A stretch of 63,967 nt of DNA, counting the filler, from Octopus bimaculoides (lineage: Eukaryota), in assembly GCF_001194135.2 (NCBI RefSeq). It is 9 parts of 9 records of this genome, joined end to end, with 100 filler letters (N's around TTAATTAATTAA, not from the genome) between each part and the next. Parts side by side here need not be neighbours in the genome. Positions count along the whole stretch, not along the records: positions 49,910 to 54,342 come from NC_069003.1; positions 54,443 to 62,768 come from NC_068985.1; positions 62,869 to 63,967 come from NW_026429701.1; 6 more parts are not named here. The stretch is one strand, 5' to 3'. This document shows, piece after piece, positions 53,966-63,967 of this stretch. The position numbers and the translations under genes were made by a program. The notes under the pieces were generated by a model, which saw only the letters and a list, made by a program, of their open reading frames with translations, had not been told where the DNA came from and did not search any database. Position 1 is the stretch's first letter, and each line of letters starts with the position of its first letter.

Positions 53966-54442
53966 AGTCGTTCAATAATTCAACAAGAATTCAATAATTC
54001 AACAATTAGGTTAAACAATTAGGTTCACCCTTACGGGAAACCTTCAATAAATATCAGCAAATGAAACAAGTAAAAGATAATATATGTATGTATATTGTCT
54101 TTTACTCGCTTCAGTCATTAGACTGCGGCCATGCTGGGGCACCGCCTCCAATTTTTAGTCGAATGAATCGACCCGAGGGCTTATTTTTTGAGCCTGGTAC
54201 TTATTCTATCGGTCGAATCGCTGAGTTACGGGGACGTAAACACACCAACACCGGTTGTCAAGCGGTGATGGGGACAAACACAGACACAAAGACACACACA
54301 CACGCACGCACACACACACACACGCACACACGCACACACACANNNNNNNNNNNNNNNNNNNNNNNNNNNNNNNNNNNNNNNNNNNNTTAATTAATTAANN
54401 NNNNNNNNNNNNNNNNNNNNNNNNNNNNNNNNNNNNNNNNNN

Positions 54443-55045
54443 ATTAAATAACAACTAATTAAATAACATCTAATAACCTAACGATATGTCATTTTTACAC
54501 CTCTGAATTTAACTCTTTGGGTAAAATTGAAACAGCTGTAATGGAACATGTTAAATGTTTGCAGTTAATAAATTATAAACCAAGATTTATACTTAATTCC
54601 AGTAATTAAAACATTTTATTGGGCAAAATCTCGTCAGAGGTGTAAAAATGACATAAATTTAAATAGAGGGTAAAATAACCACCTTAAGGGATAGAAAATA
54701 TCCAATGAATTACTGGTTTGTTACCTATTATTTTCTTGTGAATTCCTAAAATAATAGGTTTAAGTATAAATCTTGGTTTAGAAATATTCAAATTAAAATT
54801 CACAAATGGAGAGGTAGCACTAATATAATTCATTAACTGTAAAAATTCAGCATGCTCTCTTACACCTGTTTCGATTTTTCCCAAAGAGTTAAATTTCAGT
54901 AATTAAAACGTTTTATTAGGAAAAATCTCGTCCGGGGAGTAAAAAAGACATACCGTTAGGTTGTTAGATATTATTCTTCGAAAATATTTTAATTACTGGA
55001 ATTTAACTCTTTGGACAAAATCGAAACAGCTGTAATGGATCATAT
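54443..55045. repeat. AT-rich foldback region of interleaved inverted and direct repeats
   Basis: Perfect inverted pairs 54485-54506/54634-54655 (22 bp), 54576-54596/54760-54780 (21 bp) and 54723-54734/54748-54759 (12 bp). A 37-bp pair 54505-54541/54860-54896 is repeated again at about 55000-55039. Confidence 0.9.
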
Positions 55046-55446
55046 GGAACTCTAAACATCATATGAATCCCGGTTGAGAATGAATGGTTTAATCAGAGGA
55101 GTAAATTCAGACCAATCGGAACTGGCGAGGAGAAAAATCGAAGTTGTCCTGATTATGATAACTTGGCTTGTGTGAAAGACACAGAAGAACCAGGTGGTAT
55201 TGTTAAACGAGTCAACGCATTAAGTGTAGGATCCAAGAATAGAAACAATCTGTGATTCTACATAGTTTTTGTCTACCAAGTCTCACTCAGGTGTTTTTGT
55301 CTGCTAATGTATCACTCAGCTCGAAGTTACGGCAAAAAAACAAAAACAAAAATGCTTAGCCAGTGCACCACGCTGTGGAATTGAACCCGAGACTACATAG
55401 TTACACAGTGGATATTTTAACTTATTGATTCACGCTTATTAACAAT

Positions 55447-55830
55447 GTGTGGAGGCGCAATGGCCCAATGGTTAGGGCAGCGGACTCGCGGTCATAGGAT
55501 CGCGGTTTCGATTCCCAGACCGGGCGTTGTGAGTGTTTATTGAGCGAAAACACCTAAAAGCTCCACAAGGCTCCGGCAGGGGATGGTGGCGAACCCTGCT
55601 GTACTCTTCCACCACAACTTTCTCTCACTCTTATTTTCCGTTTCTGTTGTGCTTGTAATTCAAAGGGTCAGACTTGTCACACTGTGTCACGCTGAATATA
55701 GCCGAGAACTACGTTAAGGGTACACGTGTCTGTGGAGTGCTCAGCCACTTGCACGTTAATTTCACGAGCAGGCTGATCCGTTGATCGGATCAACAGGAAC
55801 CCTCGACGTCGTAAGCGACGGAGTGCCAAC
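55447..55830 (+). mobile_element. Full-length tRNA-derived SINE (octopus OR-like family)
   Basis: A box TGGCCCAATGG and B-box-like GGTTTCGATTCCC, a unique body and an (AC)n tail. Reverse copies at about 46915-47192 and 48793-48962. Confidence 0.85.
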
Positions 55831-58800
55831 ACACACACATTGACACTGTAATGAAATAAGCAAAACAGTAATATAAAAGTCAGTCATTGTTTTTTAGTTG
55901 CCTACACTCGTCTGCCAAAATCTGTACCGAAATAAGAATCACTAAACCATCAACTTGAAATAATGTACGAGTTTAATACAAATATTAAATATGTAAAATA
56001 CGTCATCCGTTGCCTCAACCATCAAACAAGAAAATGCAAAACAAAATATATTGTTCTTCAAAACCCTCGCACTCAGCAATGATATTTAAAAATATAAACT
56101 AAATACAAAGATATTCATAAACGAGGAAGAAAACTTTTTCAAGGGACGTAACTCTTTGAGTTTGTGATATTCGTGATTTGCTTATTTCCCTTGGACTGTA
56201 AATTCTACTTGTATCGTTTATGACGGTGATGAAGCAATAAATTTTTTTTTTTCTACTCTAGGCAAAAGACCTGAAATTTTGGGGGAGGGGGACCAGTCGA
56301 TTAGGTTGACCCCAGTACGCAGCTGGTACTTAATTTATCGACCCTCAAAGGATGAGAGGCAATTTGAACTCAGAACGTAAAGACACTGGGGGCGATGTAA
56401 TCGACTTAACCCGTTTGACTGTCTTTCTTTGTCCCCTCTTCCTTCCTTCCTTCCTTCACAAAATCTATTTTGTATATGCAAGGGGAATAACTCTTGATGA
56501 ATTTTCTTTCGAACTCTCATAAGTTAGCTCCCTTGTTTCTTTTTACATTTTCATATTTTCTTTCCTTTGTTTAACTTATTGGACTGCGACCATACTGGAG
56601 CGTCGCCCTGAGGAATTTTCGTCAAACGAATTGACACCAGTACTCATTTTTCTAAAGCCTGGTGCTTATTATATCGGTCATTTGTCAAAATGCTAAGTTA
56701 CGGGAACGTGAACAGGCACTTTTGACCATTCTGAATCGTTAGACTATGAGCTACTTTTTGATTGACGAAAAAATCAAATTTGGTATTGCATTCAGACATT
56801 GAAATGCTTTGTTGTCAGATGTTATGAAGCTTATTATTAGGATCCCAAGCTTACCCCATGGATGTCAGACAGTCTTGTTTTACCGTGAGCAACATAGAAC
56901 CTAAGCTATTTGAAGTCACTAGCCTTGAATTATATGCCCTCGTTGATGTAAATCGATAGTTAGCTTTCATCTTCACAAACGGCCATGCATTCATTTTTTT
57001 ACTTTTCTATTTTTTTTTTTTTTTTTTTTTTTTTTTTAGGTGGTGGTGCATTGAGAAAAAGGACCGACCTTGGATACAACATTCTTAAATGAATGTTAAA
57101 CAAGTCTTGCAAATAGCTATGAGAGCAAGATCATTTTCATAGATGTTGGATATGCTGATATTTTGATATCTTCTGCTTAATAGTATGAACCTTACCTTGG
57201 ATGGGGTCAGTTACAAAATGAAAAGTAGCCAGGGTGTCTTCCTGAAAGATTCTTGCTGCTAGCCATAAGTTATAGGAACGTAAACAAACCAATACCGCTG
57301 TCAAACAGTGTGGGGACAATCGCAGAAACATGCACACACACAAACACATACACACCTGTAATATAATATAATATAATATAATATAATATATAACATGGTA
57401 TATATCACATACACACATGTAGCAGACTTCCACATACTTTCTATCTGCCAGATTTACTCACTATTAATTATTAATTATATCACAGTGTACTAAACAGCTC
57501 ATCTAAATTATTTGTAATGAGGTAAAGTACACCATTTACCATAAGCATACAATTTTTGCTTCACCGTGTGAAGTAAGCTATGTGTTTTCATCACGGCTAT
57601 ATAATCACTCTGTCCGAAGAAAAAACATAGGATCGATCTGATCCGTTTTTAGTCTTCTTTCCATAGAGGTATACGAAGCTTATAGGTATTTATGATATAT
57701 GCAGGCTAGGATTCAACTAAACTGATCAGTCTAATTTGCATAACAGAGCATGCGCTTACAAACTGAATGAATTAATTCATACACAGTTCACTACGTTACC
57801 GATTGTTTTCACTTTTATAATATTATGATGTTCATCCTTGTGTACAAAAGAATATTTTCATTATAAATGCGACATATTTATTCTTGTAATTATTACAACA
57901 GCTTATTTCCAGAGGTTAATTTTAAATTCCATTTTGAATATTGATTTCAAAGAATCAAGTATTCTTGTAAGTCTTTTGCAAAGAAAAGAGATCATGTTCT
58001 TGGTTGATACTTCGACAGCTTTGTACATCAGTGGTTTCTGTGCCAGGTTGTTGTATAACAGCATTAGAACTCTTACACATCTTTGAAGTCATCATGTGTC
58101 TGTATACTTCTTGAACTTCTAACAGCAAGAAACACAATCATGCCCGAAGAAATTATAGGTCATATAATCCACGTAGCTTGATATTCGCATTTGCTATATT
58201 TACATATATGTTATCATATTACTTCTCTAAAAGTGATTTTTTAGCCTTTTATTGAGCTCTTTTTAATCGTTTTCTACAAAATGTTTTTTCATTATAATTA
58301 CAAAGTAATTATTTATTTAAAAACATTATGGAAATGAGTTCCTGTAGTAATTATGGTTTCAAAATTTGGCACAAGGTTAGAAAGTTCAGGAAAGGGGTAA
58401 CTCGATTGCATCAACCACAGTGTTCAAATGTACTTACTTTATCGACCTCGGGAAAAAAAATTAAAGGCAAAGACAACCTTGCCGGAATTTGAACACAGAA
58501 CCTAATAAGCTGAAAAAAATGTCATAAAGCATTTTTGCCTGACACTCTATCGATTCTGCCAGCTCACCGATTTAGTTCTTTCAGTAGTTATAAAATTGGA
58601 ATTAAAGCTCATTTCCCTATTGTTTTAAAATTCCATTTTTAATATTAATTTTGATGATTCGAGTGTTATTTTTGTTTTTGTTTTGTTTTCCTTGGTATTT
58701 CGAATGCTTCTGTTATATCACCGTTCTTCGTATCATGGTGCATATAAATAGCAGAGTCGCAGATGAAAACATCAAATGTCCATCTATTTTTTAAATATCA

Positions 58801-58871
58801 AAACAGCAAGAGAAAATGAGTTAAGAAAGCCCAACGTGTCAAACTTGTTTGTGTGTGCGCAGCGAAGTCTG

Positions 58872-59069
58872 CTACGAATTTTTATTGGGAATCTCAAATG
58901 ACAAAGTTTTACTCAGGTACCATGACCAGTAACCCAAACTGAAGAGGAGAAAACAGAGAGGAAAACTAATACGGGATATAACATCCATTCGTTTCGCTTT
59001 GGAACGCATCTGTGCTTCGGTCCTTTCATCGCATTCGGCTTTGATATCTCCGTTCTCGACGCTTTCAGC
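58872..59069 (-). CDS. Cys-loop anion channel subunit, terminal coding exon with M4 and stop
   Basis: Acceptor tttctataccacag|GCT in phase 0, matching the upstream donor. 198 nt reading AESVENGDIKAECDERTEAQMRSKAKRMDVISRISFPLCFLLFSLGYWSWYLSKTLSFEIPNKNS*; AKRMDVISRISFP...YW..Y is the canonical M4 signature. Not in the ORF track because the frame lacks a start. Confidence 0.93.
   Translation of the reverse strand, partial: AESVENGDIKAECDERTEAQMRSKAKRMDVISRISFPLCFLLFSLGYWSWYLSKTLSFEIPNKNS
58881..58886 (-). terminator. AATAAA hexamer inside the last codons of the channel gene (candidate poly(A) signal)
   Basis: CCC AAT AAA AAT TCG TAG; U/GU-rich sequence follows 35-80 nt downstream. Confidence 0.25.
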
Positions 59070-59161
59070 CTGTGGTATAGAAAATCAAAAGACATGCTGT
59101 ATTAAAGCTAATAATTTACACGTCACATATACACACACCCAGTACACACACACACACACAC

Positions 59162-59192
<31 letters not shown>

Positions 59193-59259
59193 TGCACACA
59201 ACAGTACACATAAGTACACATAAGTACACACACNNNNNNNNNNATAAGTACACACACAC

Positions 59260-59290
<31 letters not shown>

Positions 59291-59890
59291 TGCACACAAC
59301 AGTACACATAAGTACACATAAGTACACACACACACACAACAGTACACATAAGTACACACACGCACATATACATATGTACGCATACGCATGTACATGTGCG
59401 TGTGAGTGTGTGTATGTGTGACTGTGTGTATGTGTGTATGTGTGTATGTGTGCCTCTGTGTGTGTGTCTCTGTGTGTGTGCCTCTGTGTACCTCTGTGTG
59501 CGAGTGTGTGTATGTGTGAGTGTGTGTGTGTTTGCGTGTGCGCGCGTGTGTGTGTGCCTTTGTGAGTGAGTGTCTGTGTGTGTTAGCGCGCGTGCGTGTG
59601 TGTGTGTATTTGTGCCTGTGTGTACAAGTAAATGATAACAGCCTAACTCAGCTTCACACGACACAAAGTTTCGTGAGTGCGTAGAACACGCCCGTCTCAT
59701 CAGTTGTTAAGAGGTAGAGTGGCCTCTGAATAACGAATGAGATGAACCGTTCTATGCCCCCGCGAAACTTTAAGCTATGCACAGCTGAATCAAACTATCT
59801 CTGAATACATGTATTTCTAACCAAATGAAACGTTTGATTCTTTAGATGTTGCAAAATTCCACGTAGTTTTGTATTGAATGTGAAGTTTTA

Positions 59891-59945
<55 letters not shown>

Positions 59946-59948
59946 CAT

Positions 59949-60382
59949 TGAGTAAGAGAGCAGTGCATGCCATCAAAGTGACACGGGTAAAATATACGAA
60001 GCCCATTATACCCATCATGACTACCCGTCTGATAAGGGTACACCAGGCACATGCATCACAACCATATGTGCGTGACATGGTGATCTCATATCAAGATAAA
60101 CAGCGCATGACCTTGCAGGTGGAGCCCAGTTAGAATTTTCTTCAGGTCGAGTAGCCTATTCCGCTCAAAAGGTCCCTGAATAACGGTTGTTTAAAGATGT
60201 TGAACAAAACACCCATGTTTCCAAAGGTTAATTATTCAAACCCCAAAGAATTCCTTTCAACACATGGCTATGATGCTCCCACACTACTTCTGCTCGTGAT
60301 CAGAGATGTACATATCGTCAGCCACCAAGGGACATGCTCAACTGGTTATGGTCAAACAACTGACAAGCAACTGACAAGCAAA
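59949..60382 (-). mobile_element. Same (AAT)n-tailed repeat, in the last intron of the channel gene (sense orientation)
   Basis: Collinear reverse complement of about 18470-18865; (ATT)n runs on both sides. Confidence 0.8.
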
Positions 60383-60775
60383 TATTATTATTATTATTAT
60401 TATTTTATTATTATTACTATTATTATTATTATTATTACTATTATTATTATTATTATTATTATTATGCGCCCTTTTCAAGCCTAGCCAGGCTCATGGGCCC
60501 GGTTTCCCGGTTTCTATGGCGTAGAGGAGTGTGTGCGTGTGTGTGGAGTAATAGAAGGAGAGAGAGAGAAAAGAAAAAGAGCGAGAAACAGAGAACGAGA
60601 GAGAGGCAGAAAGTGAGAAGGAGAGTGAGAGAGAGAGAGAGAAAAGAGAGGGTAAGGTGTGTGTGTGTGTGAAGTAATGGGAGAGAGAGAAGGGAAAGAG
60701 AGAGAGAGAAGGGAGAGAGAGAAACAGAGAGAAAAAGAGAGAAATGGAGAGAGAGACATAGAGAGAGACAGACAT

Positions 60776-60820
<45 letters not shown>

Positions 60821-60846
60821 GTGAGAGCAAGAGAGAAAGGACTTAC

Positions 60847-61238
60847 TTGGTTAACGTTGAATGTTTGTTTTAGGCTTCTGTTGTTCTGAATAACTTTGAT
60901 GGAAAAGCGCTTGGTTTCGTGTCTGGAATACGTACTGACCACAGCGTATTCTAAGAGGGCGGCAAACACGAAAACCAAGCACGTGACAGTCCACACATCG
61001 ATGGCTTTGACATAAGAGACGGGAGGCAGCGAGATAGCAGTTGACTGTCTTTGCGTTATCATGATTAATACGGTGGTGCTGCCCAGTGCGATTCTGGCAG
61101 GAACTGCGTTGATGGGGAGCCAGAACGATACCCATGATATGAACACTATCATCGTACTCGGAATGAATACTTGTAAAAGAAAGAACTCAACACGTCTCTG
61201 CAGGTAAATGAAGGCCACAATACAGGTGAACTCATTCT
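60847..61238 (-). CDS. Cys-loop anion channel subunit, exon with end of loop C, M1, M2, M3 and start of the intracellular loop
   Basis: 392 nt, acceptor tttttacag|AG (G+AG completes a Glu codon with the upstream exon), donor AACCAA|gtaagt (phase 0). Contains FTC, FIPSTMIVFISWVSFW (M1), PARIALGSTTVLIMITQ (M2, PAR anion motif) and LPPVSYVKAIDVW...FVFAALLEYAVV (M3). Confidence 0.97.
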
Positions 61239-62132
61239 CTGTAAAAACCAAAAAAAAAAAACCAAAAAAAACAATAAAGAAGTATTGTCTCCCTTGTTTG
61301 GGTTTACTGTTTCATATGGTCCAAAGATGTTTACATGTAAAAGAGACAGAGGAAGACAAGGCTCTTAATGTTACCATAAATGACCGTGCCGATCAGCTGG
61401 ATGAAGTTGTCTAACTCAATGGTTGCAAAGTCGAATGAAAGATGCAACAGATTTGACAACTCCAATTGACCTGGTTACCTAGCCATCGGGTTCACTTGGC
61501 ATATTTGTGAAGAAGCGAGTGTTTCTTGGAATGCAAAAGAACACGTTAAATAACACTACNNNNNNNNNNNNNNNNNNNNNNNNNNNNNNNNNNNNNNNNN
61601 NNNNNNNNNNNNNNNNNNNNNNNNNNNNNNNNNNNNNNNNNNNNNNNNNNNNNNNNNNNNNNNNNNNNNNNNNNNNNNNNNNNNNNNNNNNNNNNNNNNN
61701 NNNNNNNNNNNNNNNNNNNNNNNNNNNNNNNNNNNNNNNNNNNNNNNNNNNNNNNNNNNNNNNNNNNNTATATATATATATATATATGTAGACTTTTTCA
61801 ATTCCCGAGCGTTATACTAATACATCTGTTTGTTTTCTATACCATCTGTAGTATGAATTTAAGCATATGTGTGTGAGTTTGTCTCTGTGCATGTCGATCG
61901 CGAGGGATAACCATAACGACTAAGAGGCCGTATTAATCGTTAAACTGTGTTAATCTTTAAACCTTGGCTCAAAAGCTAGCAACAGAATGAACCTTGCTAA
62001 ATCCATCAAGAGTCTGGTCGTCGAAGTAATGTTCGACTCGACCAAATAAAAAGTCACTTGTGTTTGAAATTCAGTTTTGTCGATGTCTTGGATGTGATTA
62101 ACAAAGAAATTAGAACAAACGAGATCGATTAC

Positions 62133-62264
62133 CTTCATGTTTAGTGGAACAGTTCTCAGGCTGTATATCATCAATCACAAACTGAGCCATCTCAAGTTTA
62201 CCATATATCGCTACCGGATTATTGTCCTGCCACATGAATACTACGTTATCAGGAGTGTAAACAA
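62133..62264 (-). CDS. Cys-loop anion channel subunit (GlyR/GluCl-like), internal exon with loop B end, loop F and first half of loop C
   Basis: 132 nt, phase 1-1, acceptor ttttgcag|TT and donor GAAG|gtaatc. Reads (x)VYTPDNVVFMWQDNNPVAIYGKLEMAQFVIDDIQPENCSTKHE, aligning to GlyR alpha1 [46 protein letters not shown] with the same exon boundaries. Confidence 0.93.
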
Positions 62265-62484
62265 CTGCAAAAGAAACATTAACGAAAAGTAGTATGAATT
62301 TATACATGTGTGTGTCAGTTTGTCTCTATGCATGTTTGATAAGTATGTATGAATATATACTTTTATATATTTGCATATTTAATATGCAATATGAATATAT
62401 TATGCATATATTAATATATATACCAAATTGGTGAAATTGTCATTAAACTATATAGGTAGGAATACTTTTATTTATTATTATTAT

Positions 62485-62692
62485 TGTGTCCGTTCGGCTC
62501 TATGTCCGTTCAGCATTGTGTCCGTTCGGCTTTATGTCCGTTCAACATTGTGTCCGTTCGGCTTTATGTCCGTTCGGCTTTATGTCCGTTCGGCATTGTG
62601 TCCGTTCGGCTTCATGTCTGTTCGGCATTGTGTCTGTTCGGCTCTATGTCCGTTCAACATTGTGTCCGTTCGATTTTATGTCCGTTCAGCTT
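62485..62692. repeat. 16-bp minisatellite x13 with a 32-bp higher-order pattern
   Basis: Units TGTGTCCGTTCGGCTY alternate with TATGTCCGTTCRRCAT. Intronic, 220 bp 5' of the 62264 acceptor. Confidence 0.93.
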
Positions 62693-62868
62693 CTTGGCTT
62701 CCGCTTGTTCTCCTTCGGCAAAAGTGCATTCGGCATCCTGTCCGCGTACGATATGAAACAGCACCAATNNNNNNNNNNNNNNNNNNNNNNNNNNNNNNNN
62801 NNNNNNNNNNNNTTAATTAATTAANNNNNNNNNNNNNNNNNNNNNNNNNNNNNNNNNNNNNNNNNNNN

Positions 62869-62903
<35 letters not shown>

Positions 62904-63074
62904 GAAGTGATGTACAGATATTGTATATTTAGAATAATAAAGGTAGTCAGAATGTTGGATTATTATATATATATATTTTTTATTTATTTACATCTTATTT
63001 ACATTTTTAGCACTTTTGGCCTTTTTATAAAGAATTTTCTGGAGTTTGCCTTTCAGCATCCCCTCATGTATGTG

Positions 63075-63116
<42 letters not shown>

Positions 63117-63146
63117 CACATGCACACCACATTTATATATATATAT

Positions 63147-63795
63147 AAATGTGGTATGGAAGAGAGATGACTGCGCTGGTATGGTCATGTGTTAGATATG
63201 GATGAGGACAGCTGTGTGAGGAAGTGCCACTCCCTAAGTTTGGAAGAAACCCTAAGTGTGGAAGAGGTAGACCCCAGAAGACATGGGATGAGGTGGTGAA
63301 GCATGACCTTCGAACACTGGGCCTGACAGAGGCAATGACAAGAGACCGAGACCTTTGAAGATATGCTGTGATTGAGAAGACCCAGCAACTAAAGTGAGAC
63401 CTCAGCCATGCATATCTGGCCCAGTTAAGGGTACCCCTGATGCGTCAGGTAATATGATATGCCTGAGAAGACCTGTTGAGTCAAGTAAAACCAATATCAT
63501 AGCTGTGGCCAGCTAGGGAGCCTAACTGGCTCCCATGCCAGTGGCACACAAAAAGCACCATCTGAACATGATCGACACCAGGACTGCCTGACTGGCCCCC
63601 GTGCCAGTGGCACATAAAAAGCCCCATCTGAACATGGCCAATGCCAGTATCCCCTGACTGGCCCCCGTGCCAGTGGCATGTAAAAGGCACCATCTGAACA
63701 TGGCCAATGCCAGTATCCCCTGACTGGCTCCCATACCAGTGACACGTAAAAAGCACCATCTGAATGTGATCAATGCCAGGCTTACCTGACTGGCA
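63147..63795 (+). mobile_element. RTE LINE 3' end (ORF C-terminus plus 3'UTR with 66-bp tandem repeats)
   Basis: LRWYGHVLDMDEDSCVRKC...CGRGRPQKTWDEVVKHDLRTLGLTEAMTRDR is the typical RTE ORF2 C-terminus; 66-bp units follow. Confidence 0.8.
63525..63795. repeat. 66-bp tandem repeat, about 4.1 units
   Basis: ACTGGC recurs at 63525, 63591, 63657, 63723 and 63789. Each unit has a GTGCCA-G-TGGCAC-type hairpin followed by TAAAAAGCACC. Confidence 0.93.
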
Positions 63796-63967
63796 CCTCT
63801 CTCTCTCTCTCTCTCTCTCTTTCCCATCTAAATAGAATTATTTAATCTTAGTTATATGTGATACCATTCTTTCAAGTTAACTACTTGAATTTCTTTCTAT
63901 CTTAATACTGAAGAAAAGTCAGACGGACAGAGAGACAGACAGACGGACAGAGACACAGACAGACGGA

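Noticed and set aside
55455-55530. tRNA-like sequences (also 3975-4040, 32325-32390)
   Set aside because: A and B boxes are present but there is no acceptor stem or cloverleaf, and each continues into a multi-copy SINE body.
57009-57038. 30-nt poly(T) followed by AG (acceptor-like on +, poly(A) on -)
   Set aside because: All downstream + frames close within about 20 codons and there is no AATAAA upstream on the minus strand; treated as a simple homopolymer.
59668-59703. CTGATGA-24 nt-GAAAC in sense orientation in the channel gene's last intron
   Set aside because: Stem II leaves two unpaired bases before GAAA, and no NUH cleavage triplet is compatible with stems I and III; such spacing is expected by chance in a window this size.

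Overview
Animal nuclear DNA from a gappy draft scaffold. It is very probably a coleoid cephalopod such as Octopus; this is inferred from the extreme microsatellite load and the octopus-type tRNA-derived SINEs. The only well-supported host gene is the 3' half of a minus-strand Cys-loop ligand-gated anion channel subunit of the GlyR/GluCl type. Its three exons (62133-62264, 60847-61238, 58872-59069) splice in frame into 240 aa covering loops B, F and C and helices M1-M4; the 5' exons were not found and probably lie beyond the right edge. This subunit is the most interesting object. It keeps the anion-selective PAR motif, but its agonist pocket is rewired (loop C CSTKHEENEFTC, Glu where GlyR/GluCl have the carboxylate-binding Thr) and M2/M3 are atypical (Arg at 15', Ile at 10', Val at the ivermectin Gly), suggesting an orphan channel not gated by an amino acid. 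The rest is decayed mobile DNA and simple repeats: a near-complete Chapaev3 transposon with TIRs and TAA TSD, a CsRn1-like Ty3/Gypsy relic with a tRNA-Trp PBS, solo LTRs, RTE, R4/Dong, Tx1/L1, CR1/Jockey-like and Penelope fragments, mariner and maT relics, MITEs, a HINE-like element, several SINE families, a head-to-tail array of a short (AAC)n-tailed retroposon and several long palindromes. No rRNA, true tRNA or CRISPR array was found. All family calls come from motif recognition by eye; no database search was run.
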